NCBI GenBank assembly: GCA_965226495.1
Contig: OZ245365.1
Coordinates: 5,536,001 to 5,600,000, forward strand
From: Candidatus Marinacidobacterales bacterium
Lineage (GTDB): Bacteria > Acidobacteriota > Vicinamibacteria > Marinacidobacterales > DATDRI01
Reading direction: 5' to 3'
DNA: 64,000 nt
The number at the start of each line of letters is the position of its first letter. The first letter of the stretch is position 1. The notes below the pieces were generated by a model, which worked only from the letters and a program-made list of their open reading frames with translations, ran no database searches and was not told where the DNA came from. Positions 37,496 to 48,067 of the stretch are shown one piece after another. Made by a program: the position numbers and the translations under genes.

Positions 37496-38011
37496 TTGAA
37501 GCTCGATAAAGCTCTCTTCGCACTCGTGCTAGCCCTGTGCGTCTTGGTCGGCGCACTGATGCTCGTTCCCGACCGGTCGGACTACCACGGTATCACCCAC
37601 CCGGACTTCCCGAGCTTGTTGCAAGGCGGCCCCGGCGCGGAGCGGCACGCGCGCGTCATGGGGCTCGGATGGGCCTTCGGTACTCTTCAACTCGTATTCT
37701 TCGCCTGCCTCATCGCCTTCGGAGCTAAAAAGCAGCATGGCTTACGCGGTCTCGGGAAGCCGCTTCTCTTCGGCCTAGCCTTGAATACGGCCGTTTGGAC
37801 ACTCTGTGTTCTTACATACCGTGTTTATTTGACGGAGCCGACTCACATGCTCCTGCTGGGACTTCCGCTATCGACCGCGATCATGGCCTACGGAATGTGG
37901 CTCGCCCCGACCATCTACACTTTTCTCTTCGTGTTCGGCTTCAAGCGTTGGTACCTCTCGGACCAAGATCTCGCAGCTTACGATCGTCTTATGGAAAGCA
38001 AACAGCAATGA
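37496..38011 (+). CDS. membrane protein, possible accessory subunit of the downstream symporter
   Basis: About four TM segments; its stop overlaps the symporter ATG. Confidence 0.65.
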   Translation: MKLDKALFALVLALCVLVGALMLVPDRSDYHGITHPDFPSLLQGGPGAERHARVMGLGWAFGTLQLVFFACLIAFGAKKQHGLRGLGKPLLFGLALNTAVWTLCVLTYRVYLTEPTHMLLLGLPLSTAIMAYGMWLAPTIYTFLFVFGFKRWYLSDQDLAAYDRLMESKQQ

Positions 38012-39501
38012 TGGAGTCACTGCGAAACCCGATCGTCCTCGGGAGCGTCGCCCTCTACATGGCTGTGTGCGTCGGCATGGGCATCTGGGCACTCCAACGA
38101 ACGAAGTCGACGCGCGACTTCTTCATGGCCGGTCGCAACCTCGGCATGCTCGTTACCGGGGTGGCTCTTTTCTCCAGCATGATGAGTGGATTCGGTTTCG
38201 TGGGAGGCCCTGGCCTCGTGTACCTCATGGGGATGAGCTCGGTTTGGATGATCGCAACGGTGCCCGCCGGCTGGGCAGTCACCGATTTTCTGGTCGCCAA
38301 ACGTCTACGAGTATTTGCGGGCGTCTTCGACACCATCTCCCTCCCCGACGCGGTGGCGGCCCGATACGGCAGCGAGACAAGCCGCCTTCTTACTGCGGTT
38401 GCTCTCCTCTTGGGTGTCATGGGCTACCTGGCCACACAGATACTCGCCATGGCGATCGTGTTGCAAACGATCCTCCAAAACTCGCTCGGCGAGATCGGAC
38501 TGGTGACCTGCGCGGCGATCGCCTGTACGGTCCTCGTTTTCTACAGTGTCACTGGTGGGATCATCGCATCCGTCTACACCGATATCGTGCAGGGCACGGT
38601 GATGGTCGTGGCGGGTGTGCTCATTTTTTTCACTGCCATCTCTGTATTCGAAGGTGGCGGGAACGCGGCGACGACGATGATCATGAACGATGATCCAGAG
38701 GCGATCGGTCCCTGGGGAACGCTGGGCATGATCGGCTGTCTCTCTTGGTTCTTCATGTTCACCGTGGGCAATGCCGGACAACCTCACATCGTGACCAAAG
38801 GCATGATGATCCGGCGGCTCCAAGACTATCAATACATTCCGCTCATTTCCGTTTTCGGATACACCCTGACCGCACTACTTTGGGTCAGCATCGGACTCGT
38901 GATGCGAGCACTGGTCCTCCAGGGGGCTCACCCCGAGCTCGCTACGGCCGACGCCGCCGCACCGGAGTTTCTCCAACACTACGCCCATCCGATCCTTGCT
39001 GGTTTGGTTTTCGCGGCGCTGTTTGCCGCCATCATGTCGACGGCGGACGTCTTCCTCAATATCGGGGCCGCCGCCGCCGTCCACGACATCCCGCGGGCGA
39101 TCCTCCGCCGTCCCCTCGCGAACGAGCTCTTCTGGGCTCGCGCGGGCACGATTGTCATCGCGGTCGTCGCTCTACTCTTCGCGATGTACTCCTACTATGA
39201 GAACGCTCGTTTTGTCGCGTTGCTGGGCGCTTTCGGATGGGGTACTTTCGGAGCGGCGCTGGTGCCGGTGGTCGCCATCGGGTTCAATTGGAAACGGGCT
39301 ACACCTTTGGCGGCTAACGTCGCCATCGTATCGAGTCTGCTCGTGAACTTTGGTATCGAAGTCTTCGACGTCAGCATCCCTCATAACATTCACGGCGGCA
39401 CGATTTCGTTGCTGGTTTCCTTATTCCTGTTTTTCACAATCTCTTTTGCTTCGACCCCGCCGAAATTGAGTGCCGACGTCGAAGCTGCGATGGACATCTG
39501 A
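38008..39501 (+). CDS. sodium:solute symporter (SSS, PutP/PanF-like)
   Basis: DFFMAGRNLG, SMMSGFGFVGGPG, GGIIASVYTDIVQG, GQPHI, FAAIMSTAD. Confidence 0.92.
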   Translation: MMESLRNPIVLGSVALYMAVCVGMGIWALQRTKSTRDFFMAGRNLGMLVTGVALFSSMMSGFGFVGGPGLVYLMGMSSVWMIATVPAGWAVTDFLVAKRLRVFAGVFDTISLPDAVAARYGSETSRLLTAVALLLGVMGYLATQILAMAIVLQTILQNSLGEIGLVTCAAIACTVLVFYSVTGGIIASVYTDIVQGTVMVVAGVLIFFTAISVFEGGGNAATTMIMNDDPEAIGPWGTLGMIGCLSWFFMFTVGNAGQPHIVTKGMMIRRLQDYQYIPLISVFGYTLTALLWVSIGLVMRALVLQGAHPELATADAAAPEFLQHYAHPILAGLVFAALFAAIMSTADVFLNIGAAAAVHDIPRAILRRPLANELFWARAGTIVIAVVALLFAMYSYYENARFVALLGAFGWGTFGAALVPVVAIGFNWKRATPLAANVAIVSSLLVNFGIEVFDVSIPHNIHGGTISLLVSLFLFFTISFASTPPKLSADVEAAMDI

Positions 39502-40776
39502 TGCCGACGAAACTCCTCAACTTCCTTTTGTTGATTCTCCTCGCGGTGCCGTCCTTCCCACAGGGGTTGCCTAGCGCAAAGCCCGAGGATGTCGGCATGT
39601 CGACGGCGCGACTGGAGCGCATCCGCCCGGTCATGCAGGCCTATGTCGATGAGGGAAAGGTGCCCGGCATGATCACCGCCGTGGCACGGCGGGGGAAGCT
39701 GGTCCATGTCGATCAGCTGGGAATGATGGACCTCGAGCCAGGGAAGAAGATGAGATCCGACACCATCTTCCGCATCTACTCCATGACCAAGCCGGTTACC
39801 GCCGTGGCGATGATGATCCTCTATGAGGAGGGGCGGCATCGCTTGAACGAACCGGTCTCGAAGTACCTCCCCGAATTGCAGAACTTGACGGTCTAGCTGG
39901 GGGGGGCTGGGCAAGAATCTGCGCACGGAGCCGGCGAGGCCGATGACGATCAAGCACCTCCTCCTTCACACCTCAGGTTTGATCTATGGAGCCGATGAGC
40001 CCGGAGTCCCCCAACTCTACCGGGACGCCGAGATCTGGGAAGCGGTCAGCCTTGAGGACTTCGTCGACAAGCTTGCGGGGCTTCCGCTTCTCGCCCAACC
40101 GGGAACGGAGTGGAATTATGGCGTATCGACGGACGTTCTCGGTCGATTGGTAGAAGTCCTTTCCGGAGAACGTTTCGAAGAATTCCTGGAAGAGCGCATT
40201 TTTCTGCCCCTCGGGATGGTGGACACGGCCTTCTACGTTCCGGACGAAAAGCTCGACCGCTTCGCAGCCAACTACCAAGCCACACCAGAGGGTGGCTTGA
40301 AGCTCATCGACTCGCCCAAAAACAGCGAGTTCCGAAATCCGAATCCAGTGCCCTACGGCGGTCAAGGCCTGGTCTGCACCGTCGGCGACTTCGTACGTTT
40401 CGCCCAGATGCTCGCCAACGGTGGAGAGCTCGACGGGGTTCGGATCCTCGGACGCAAGACCGTAGACTTCATGATGCTCGACCATTTGGGACCCGAGCTG
40501 GGGCCCGCGCCGCTCGGCGAGGCCGCGGGTTGGTACGGGATGAGCCCCGAAGGCTTGGGCTTCGGACTTGGCGGCTCCGTCGTGCGCAACGTCGCTCAGA
40601 ACTCCTTGATCGGCTCGACCGGCGACTTTTCCTGGGGCGGGGTAGCGAGTACCTACTTCTGGATCGATCGGAGCGAAGCGCTCATCGCCGTGCAGTTCAC
40701 CCAACTCATGCCCTCCGACAAGTATCCGATCCGTGCCGAGATGAAAATCCTCACCAATCAAGCCATCATCGACTGA
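39501..40776 (+). pseudogene. serine hydrolase (beta-lactamase-related esterase family) split by a TAG and a frameshift
   Basis: FRIYSMTKPVT (SxxK), HLLLHTSG, WNYG, FSWGG. TAG at 39894-39896 and a frame change in the G-run near 39899-39906. Confidence 0.85.
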
Positions 40777-40794
40777 ACGCAAAAAGCGCAGAAT

Positions 40795-41934
40795 ATGACA
40801 CAAGACGTTTTCGCTCCCCAACTGAGCATCGGACCTCGCGTCCGCAAGTCACCCTACTTCGACGCCACGTTGCGGTGGGGGGTCAAAGCCTTCACGATTT
40901 ACAACCATATGTACATGCCGACCGTCTTTACCGATCCGGTGGACGAGTACTGGAAGCTCGTGAAGAACGTCACGTTATGGGACGTGGCCTGCGAGCGACA
41001 GGTCGAGATCACCGGTCCCGACGCAGCCAGGTTCGTCCAGCTCTTGACACCGCGGAATCTCGCGAAATGCGCGGTAGGTCAGTGCAGGTACGTGATCTTC
41101 ACGACAGAGGACGGCGGGATTCTGAACGACGCGGTCCTGCTACGCCTCGGCGAGAACCAGTTCTGGCTCTCCCCGGGGGACGGCGACGTGCTCCTATGGG
41201 CGCAAGGCGTCGCGGTGAACTCCGGGATGGACGTCACTATCGACGAGCCCGATGCGTCACCACTCCAGCTTCAAGGGCCGAAGGCGCCTCTGGTGGCCCA
41301 AGCCCTTTTCGGTGACCGGGCACTCGACCTCTCCTACTACCACTTACGGGAGACTGAGCTCGACGGGATTCCACTTGTCTTATCTCGCACCGGCTGGAGC
41401 GGCGAGCTCGGCTACGAGCTCTTCTTGAGAGATCGCCGCCAGGGCGATGCCCTTTGGGAAAAAGTCATGACGGCAGGCAAACCATACGGCATCGCCCCCA
41501 TCGCGCCGAATCTCATTCGGAGCGTCGAGGGTGCCATCTTTTCTTACGTCTCCGACATCACGCGCGAAGACAATCCATTCACCATCGGTTTCGATCGCAT
41601 GGTCGATCTCGACCATGACTTCATCGGCCGCCAGGCGCTCACAAAGATCAAAGCAGATGGCGTCAAGCGCCGCTTGGTAGGTGTCGAGATCTCCGGCGAT
41701 CCGTTACCCGGGAACGATCAATTCTGGTATGTAACGGTCGGCGGAAAGAGGGTCGGACGTGTGACTCGATGCGTTCACTCGCCTCGATTGAAGAAGAACA
41801 TCGGCTTCGTCAACGTGCCGACCGAATATTCCGAAGCCGGTTCGAAGCTCACCATCGCCGTGCCTTCAGGCGACGCCGAGGCCACGGTGGTACCGACGCC
41901 GTTCGTCGCGTCTCAGAAGAAGATCCCACGGTAA
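40795..41934 (+). CDS. GcvT-family THF-dependent demethylase, DmdA-related
   Basis: RKSPYF, YNHMYMP, WDVACERQVEITGPDA, EPDASPLQLQGP, RTGWSGELGYEL. Confidence 0.8.
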   Translation: MTQDVFAPQLSIGPRVRKSPYFDATLRWGVKAFTIYNHMYMPTVFTDPVDEYWKLVKNVTLWDVACERQVEITGPDAARFVQLLTPRNLAKCAVGQCRYVIFTTEDGGILNDAVLLRLGENQFWLSPGDGDVLLWAQGVAVNSGMDVTIDEPDASPLQLQGPKAPLVAQALFGDRALDLSYYHLRETELDGIPLVLSRTGWSGELGYELFLRDRRQGDALWEKVMTAGKPYGIAPIAPNLIRSVEGAIFSYVSDITREDNPFTIGFDRMVDLDHDFIGRQALTKIKADGVKRRLVGVEISGDPLPGNDQFWYVTVGGKRVGRVTRCVHSPRLKKNIGFVNVPTEYSEAGSKLTIAVPSGDAEATVVPTPFVASQKKIPR

Positions 41935-41941
41935 CCCGCGC

Positions 41942-43546
41942 TCATTTACCGTCCGCGAACTGCTCTCTGAGCTTCGTTTTCAAGAATTTTCCTGTCGATG
42001 TACGGGGGATCGCTTCCACGAACTCGTAGGCATCGGGGATCCACCACTTGGCGAATTTGGGCGCGAGAAAAGCGCGGAGCTCTTCGGCCGTGGCCTTCGC
42101 TCCTTCTTTGAGAACCACAACGGCGAGAGGGCGTTCTTGCCATTTGGGATCGGGGATCGCGATGACCGCCGCCTCCTGAACCGCTTGGTGACCCATGAGC
42201 GCTCCCTCAAGATCCACGGAGCTGATCCACTCGCCCCCCGATTTGATAAGGTCCTTCGTGCGATCGGTGATCTTGACGTAGCCTTCGGGATCGATCGTCG
42301 CTACGTCTCCCGTACAGAACCACCCGTCTTCGGTCCATCGGTCTCGCTCGGACACCTTGAAGTAGCTTGACGCGACCCAGGGTCCGCGAACCTGAATTTC
42401 TCCCATCGTCTTTCCGTCCCACGGAACTTCACCGTCTTCGGAGACGGCGCGCAGATCCACCAGCGGAGAAGGTATACCTTGCTTCGCGCGGTAGGCGTAT
42501 CGCTCGTCCTCTGAGAGATCCCTCATGCTGGCCTTTACCTTGCTCAACGTCCCCAGGGGTGTCGTCTCGGTCATGCCCCACGCCTGGATGACCTCGATAC
42601 CGTGACGATCGAACGCTCGGATCAATGTTTCTGGGACGGCGGATCCTCCGACCAAGGCCCGCATTCCTGGAGAGAGGGTCCAACGGTCCGGAGTCTTATC
42701 CAGCTCTTGCACCATCCCGAGCCAGATGGTGGGAACGCCCGCGGTGACCGTGACCTTCTCTTTTTCGTATAGATCCAGGAGACTTGGTGGGTCCAAGTGC
42801 GGACCGGGGAACACCAGCTTACAACCGACGAGAGTCACGGTGAATGGAAGCCCCCAGCAATTGACGTGGAACATCGGCACCACCGGCAAGACGACGTCCC
42901 GCTGGGAAAGTCCCATCATGTCTTCGAGTGCACAGGCAAAGGAATGCAGCACGAGAGCGCGATGGGAGTACACGACGCCCTTGGGACGGCCCGTGGTGCC
43001 GGAGGTGTAGCAGAGGCCGGCCGCATCGTTCTCCTCGATCTCCGGTTCCTCGAAATCTCCAGTGGCACGATCCAGTAGCTTTTCGTAGCTTTCACAACCT
43101 TCGGGGATCGCGTCCTCCGAATGAGAGACCACGAAGATACGCTTGAATTTAACGCGGTCGGCGAACTTCTCGAAGAGTGGCAGCAAGACATCATCGACGA
43201 TCAGGAACCGATCTTCGGCGTGCTCGACGATGTAGACCAAGTCGTCGGGGTGAAGGCGGAGATTCAGCGTGTGGACGACCCCACCGGCAGCCGGAATCCC
43301 AAAGTAGGCCTCCAGGTGTGCGTGATGATTCCACATGAACGTCGCCACGCGGTCGCCGCGATTGAGACCCGCTTTGAGCAACCCCTCGCTCAGAGCTCGA
43401 GACCGGCGTTCGATGTCCGCATACGTGTGCCGCCGGAGCGACTTGTCGGGTTCCTGCGAAACGATCTCGACTCGAGCGAAGAGCTTCGCAGCCCGCCGGA
43501 GGAGGTGGGTCAACGTGAGAGGGTAGTTCATCATGTTCCCTTGCAT
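41942..43546 (-). CDS. acyl-CoA ligase (AlkK/DmdB/long-chain FACS-like)
   Basis: YTSGTTGRPKG, VPMFHVNCWG, WGMTET, TGD, DRTKDLIKSGGEWISS, TSTGK. Confidence 0.92.
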   Translation of the reverse strand: MQGNMMNYPLTLTHLLRRAAKLFARVEIVSQEPDKSLRRHTYADIERRSRALSEGLLKAGLNRGDRVATFMWNHHAHLEAYFGIPAAGGVVHTLNLRLHPDDLVYIVEHAEDRFLIVDDVLLPLFEKFADRVKFKRIFVVSHSEDAIPEGCESYEKLLDRATGDFEEPEIEENDAAGLCYTSGTTGRPKGVVYSHRALVLHSFACALEDMMGLSQRDVVLPVVPMFHVNCWGLPFTVTLVGCKLVFPGPHLDPPSLLDLYEKEKVTVTAGVPTIWLGMVQELDKTPDRWTLSPGMRALVGGSAVPETLIRAFDRHGIEVIQAWGMTETTPLGTLSKVKASMRDLSEDERYAYRAKQGIPSPLVDLRAVSEDGEVPWDGKTMGEIQVRGPWVASSYFKVSERDRWTEDGWFCTGDVATIDPEGYVKITDRTKDLIKSGGEWISSVDLEGALMGHQAVQEAAVIAIPDPKWQERPLAVVVLKEGAKATAEELRAFLAPKFAKWWIPDAYEFVEAIPRTSTGKFLKTKLREQFADGK

Positions 43547-43590
43547 GCATCCCTCCATCGGTGAATCAGTGCGCGCTCACTCTTCCATTC

Positions 43591-43750
43591 GTGGCGCGGG
43601 GCCCCACCCCCACGCCTCTCGCTTCGCTGGCGCTGCGCTCGGGCTGAGGGCTCCGCTCGGGCCGGGCTCGCTCCTTCATCAACGCGGCGGGGCCCCACCC
43701 CGGCCGCCGTCGCTTCGCCGGCAAGCGGCTTCGCGACAGCTGACGGCTCC
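43591..43750. repeat. two tandem copies of the GGGGCCCCACCCC intergenic repeat
   Basis: Units start at about 43591 (gcgcggggccccacccccacg...cgcttcgc) and 43683 (gcggcggggccccaccccgg...cgcttcgcc). The second matches 2251-2319 in inverted orientation. Confidence 0.75.
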
Positions 43751-43836
43751 TCGCAGAGGGTGCAGTGAATCCGTAGGCACCCTCTGGTGACTCAATGGTG
43801 CTTCTACTACTACTTTGACTTGCTGGCAAGTCGACA

Positions 43837-45118
43837 TCACCGGTCTTGAAACGTTTCGTCGGAGCGGATCCCGAGCCAGAGAAGAGCGGCGATCCAACTC
43901 ACCACAGCGGCGCTTCCCAAGGCGAAAGACCAGCCGAACCAACTAACCAGCAAAGGGACCAAGGGTGTACAGATGACGCCACCCAAGTTGGTCCACATGT
44001 TCATCACTCCGCTTGCCGAGCCCGCATGGCGCCCCGAGACGTCCACGATGGACGACCAGTAGGCGCCCTCGGTGAGCTCACCGAATCCGAAACACGACGA
44101 AAGCGCGAGGACCGCGTGCCCGGTATTGGCACCGATCACGAGTGTAATGCCGGATAGCGTCATCCCGATGAGGCCCACCCACCTTCTACCCCAACGTCGT
44201 CCGATGCGAATCGACAAGCGGTCGGTAATGTGTCCCCCGACCGGCGCCGCGATCCCGCCCACGATGAAGGGCATGCTCGCGAAGAAACCGCTTTCCAGTA
44301 TCGTGAACCCTCGCACGTCGATCAGATACAAGAAAACCAGAATACGAAATATAGAAGACGTAGCCGTAGCAGAAGTAGCTTATCGAAAGGAGGAAAACGT
44401 TCTTGTTCCTGAACAATAGCCACGGATTCGCTGCGGTGGGCGTCGAAACGGTGGTTTCTTCTCCACCTTGGGAAATGATCGCTAGCTCTCCGCGCGTCAC
44501 GGCGCGGTGATCCTCCGGTCGCTCGGTGGCGTACCAGCGGTACAACACGGCGATCAAGAAGGCGAAACCGGCGGCCACGTAGAACGCGTTACGCCACCCT
44601 ACTGTCACCATCAACGACGAAATCACGGGCGGCGTAAAGGCGGAACCGATCGATAGCCCGCCGATCAAAAGAGCGAGCGGGAAAGCTCGCCCGTTCGAAG
44701 GAAACCAGTTTGCTACCGCCCGGGCCGCTACCGGATAAGTGGGTGCTTCCACGACGACCCCCAGGAGGAAGCGCAACACGAGCAAAGAAACTAGCGCGGC
44801 GAACCCGCCGGGAACGAGCAGACCGGGAACCAACCCGCTCAAGACGGTGAAGATTCCCCAGAAGAAGGCCGCTCCCCATAGAACCCGCCACGCCCCGAAA
44901 CGGTCCCCAATCCAACCGGCCGGAATCTGGCAGATGGTATAGCCGATCATGAAGCTGCTGAAGACCCAACCCATCTGCTGTTCAGACAGGTCGAGCTCGG
45001 GCATCATGAACGCCGAGGCAACGGAGATGTTCATCCGCTGCAGATAGCTGACGAAGCTAAACCCGACCAAGAGGGCCAGGATCTTCCACCGAACTCTGGA
45101 AGCCCTGGAAGGGGACAT
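43837..45118 (-). pseudogene. MFS transporter (ACS-like), frameshifted near 44340
   Basis: SYLQRMNISVA, GWIGDRFG, LRFLLG...EAPTYP, continuing in a second frame with GGHITDRL...SGVMNMWTNLGG. Confidence 0.85.
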
Positions 45119-45158
45119 TGTGGAGGATAGGCGGCGGGAAGACGGTCGATCCGTCTTG

Positions 45159-45782
45159 CTACGGACCGACCCATTCGACGTGTGCGTACTCGCCGCTCTT
45201 GCCGGACAGGTCCCAGTTCCGCCCCCAGTCGCGAAAGCGGCTCTTGGTCCCGGTGCACACGACGACGTCCGGAGACATCCAGTAGCTCGTGTTCTTTATC
45301 TCGGTGACGCCTAGGCCACCGGCTCCGACGATGGGCTCGATTAAGCCGTCGATCGTCTTCGGGATGGTCACTTGCCATCCTCTGCCCTTTTTCTCGAAGC
45401 TGATGGGCACTTGCTTGCTGCCGAGAAAGTTGGCGATCATGATCCGGAACCAACCGACCGGGCCACCAGCCTGACCGGAAAGGATGTCGGTCATGGCCTT
45501 GGCGGCGGCGGGACTCGCCTGGTCGTCGATGTAGAGAGCGAAGGTCCAGCCACCTTCGGCGAGAGGACCGGGCACCTCCATCAGCACCGCCGCCTTCAGG
45601 CCGTCCAGCTTCTCGTCACCCGCATGCCCCTTGTGGATGTTGAGCCCCCACCAAGTCTGACAAACACCGTGGCTGGGCTTCGCCTTACCGAGGGAAACAA
45701 CGCAGGGACAAAAAACCTCGCAGTTGCAACTGAGTGCCAGCTCTCCTTTGATCTTCCAAGGTGCCACTTCTTCCTTCTTCAC
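45159..45782 (-). CDS. DUF1326-family Cys-motif protein
   Basis: WKIKGE-x3-SCNCEVFCPC, C-x6-HKGH, YIDDQAS, SGQAGG. Confidence 0.8.
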   Translation of the reverse strand: MKKEEVAPWKIKGELALSCNCEVFCPCVVSLGKAKPSHGVCQTWWGLNIHKGHAGDEKLDGLKAAVLMEVPGPLAEGGWTFALYIDDQASPAAAKAMTDILSGQAGGPVGWFRIMIANFLGSKQVPISFEKKGRGWQVTIPKTIDGLIEPIVGAGGLGVTEIKNTSYWMSPDVVVCTGTKSRFRDWGRNWDLSGKSGEYAHVEWVGP

Positions 45783-45810
45783 GTTCGTTCCTTTCGCCGT
45801 TACGTTGTCG

Positions 45811-46626
45811 CTAGTTCATCAGGCCCAACCTCAACAAGTACAGCCCCCAAACTACGAACAACACGCCCGCCCCGCGTCCGATCTGGTGCCCCGATGGGGC
45901 CAGTTTCTCAACCAGAACCAAGCCAGCGATCGCCGCCAGCCATAGAAGGTTCATGACCCCGGCGACGAACATCAGAGCCATCAACGCCCAGCAGCAACCT
46001 ACGCAGAACGCCCCATGCTCGAGCCCCATCACCAGTGCCCCCGACCTACCAGGCCGCCAAGACGTCATGAAGAAGGCGAGAGGAGACCGACAGTGAGTCA
46101 GACATGCGTTCTTCAGTCGACTCCATTGAAAGAGGCCGGCCACCACCAAGACGAGTCCGCCGAAGATCACATTGGTGCTCACGCCCGCCGCCGAAACGAG
46201 TGCCGCATGGTGAAGGCCCCATTGAGCCACCGCGCCAAGCGCGCTGAAACCGGTCCACACGACGATGTAGCCGAGCAAGAACGCCGCCGTGGGGGAGAAG
46301 GGTTCACGATCGGGATCTGTTTGTTGTTTCCGGTTGATCTTCGCAAAAGTCAAAATCATCTGAGAGGCCGAAGGAACCATCATCGCGATCATCATGACCG
46401 TCCACATCACGAACAGAAACAGGAAGTCCCGGACGCTCCACGCCTCGATGTGCGGATGGGTGATGCTCGTGCCAACAAATGTATGCGCGGGGTTTGTCGC
46501 CAGGTAGGCAGTGTAGGTCCAGGCGAGGAGCGACACACCGATGAGGCCACTCATCACGACCGCGCGGTCGCGACTCAATACCGACTCCAGGGCGGTAACT
46601 CCTTCATGCGTATGATGCGTCACCAT
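45811..46626 (-). CDS. DUF2182 predicted metal-binding integral membrane protein
   Basis: MWTVMMIAMMVPS, KNACLTHCRSP, GAFCVGCCWALM, GVMNLLW...VEK. Confidence 0.85.
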   Translation of the reverse strand: MVTHHTHEGVTALESVLSRDRAVVMSGLIGVSLLAWTYTAYLATNPAHTFVGTSITHPHIEAWSVRDFLFLFVMWTVMMIAMMVPSASQMILTFAKINRKQQTDPDREPFSPTAAFLLGYIVVWTGFSALGAVAQWGLHHAALVSAAGVSTNVIFGGLVLVVAGLFQWSRLKNACLTHCRSPLAFFMTSWRPGRSGALVMGLEHGAFCVGCCWALMALMFVAGVMNLLWLAAIAGLVLVEKLAPSGHQIGRGAGVLFVVWGLYLLRLGLMN

Positions 46627-46682
46627 TTGCTTTTCGATGAGTACTCTTTCCCAGTTTGTGTGTCAACTTGCAGGCTAAGTGA

Positions 46683-47953
46683 CTAATCGCCGTCTTTCTC
46701 GAAACGGGACAGCGAAAAGAATGGGTCGGGGGTCCGCTTTTCTAGCACGAGCTCGGCAACCTGTTCGCCAACCGCGGGGCCGTGTTTAAACCCGTGTCCG
46801 GAGCCTCCACCAACCAGCCACACGTTCTCTAAACGTGGATGGCGATCGAGTATGAAGTGTGAGTCGGGACTGTTCTCGTACTGACACACGCGCGCCTCGA
46901 GAAGGGGAGCCCCCTTGAGGCCGGGGAATCGGAACTCGACATAGTCACGTGCCGCCGATAGTGCGGTCGGCGAGTAGGTTCTTTCACCGTCAGTAGGATC
47001 GAACGGCTCGCCTCGACCATCGTCTGCGATTTTGAATCCCCGCCACTCGCTTCCTGGAATGCCATAGAAGAGACGCTCGCCGTTATCGATCCATACCGGA
47101 AGGGTGTGGCCCGAGTAGCGAGAGTCTCCAGGCGGCGTGCCAAAGTAAAAGATTTCCTGTCGCGTCGGGCGGATGCGATCTCCTAGGACATCGGGGAAAA
47201 GCCTGCCGAGCCAAGGACCGCAGGCGAAAACGAACTGGTCGCCGGAAACGAGGGACCCATCCGGGAGCAGGACCCCTCCCAACTTTCCGTTCTCATCGGG
47301 TCTCGGTTTAGCCGCACTCTGAAGGTACTGACCTCCTTCGGCGAGGAAGCCTTCGAGAACAGCGGCGCAAGCCCGACGCGCCAGCAAGTAGCCCGCGTCT
47401 TGTTCCTGGATCGCCCAACGGACGCCCTCGAAATGGATCTGGGGAAACCGTCGTCGCGCCTCTGCCACATCGAGCTCCTCGAACCGGAGTCCGACGTCGC
47501 GCAATATGGGTAGAGATGCTTTTTCGTAGCCGTCGTTCTCCCCAACCATCCATAAGGCGCCGGTCGGTCGGTAAAGCGGACGGTTCCAGAGTTTCTCGTT
47601 CTCTTTCCAGAGCGCGAGCGAACGGGCCACCATCTCGGCGTAGATCCGATCCGGACCGTAGGTTCCCCGAATGACCCGCGACTCGCCCCCCGAGCTTGCC
47701 CGGGAGTTCCCGGTCCCCAGGTGTCGAGGAGAGTCACCTTGGCACCGCTCCTCGAGAGATGAAGCGCAGTCCAACCCCCGAAGGCTCCGGCGCCTACCAC
47801 AACCACTCGCGGTCCTTGGCGCGTCGCGACCTTAGCCGGCTTCCCCTGCGAGCCGAATCCCGGAATCATTGCCACTGCGGCACTCGCCTTCAAAAGCGAG
47901 CGGCGTGAAACGCCGCCTTCCTTTCGGCTAGGACCACCCCCCTTTTTCGCCAT
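46683..47953 (-). pseudogene. Tat-exported sarcosine-oxidase-like FAD oxidoreductase, frameshifted near 47715
   Basis: SRRSLLK twin-arginine motif, VVVVGAGAFGG, SSGGESRVIR, ARVCQYEN, GGGSGHGFKHGP. Confidence 0.82.
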
Positions 47954-48028
47954 CAGACCTCCTCGGTCCCGCAAAGCCTCTGCACGGTTGAACTTGTCGT
48001 CCAGCCCCCCGCCGCGAGGCCTAACGGT

Positions 48029-48067
48029 TTGACCATAATATGGTAAAATCCATCACGATATGGTCAA
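48029..48067 (+). promoter_or_regulatory. candidate operator/promoter in the divergent intergenic region
   Basis: TTGACCATA (48029-48037) with inverted TATGGTAAA (48039-48047) and TATGGTCAA (48059-48067); extended -10 TGgTAAAAT at 48041-48049. Confidence 0.45.

Noticed and set aside
40795-41934. Calling this gene bona fide dmdA or gcvT
   Set aside because: It has RTGWSGELGYEL rather than the RSG(W/Y)SKQGGFEI I associate with true DmdA, and no gcvP/gcvH is adjacent. Left as DmdA-related.
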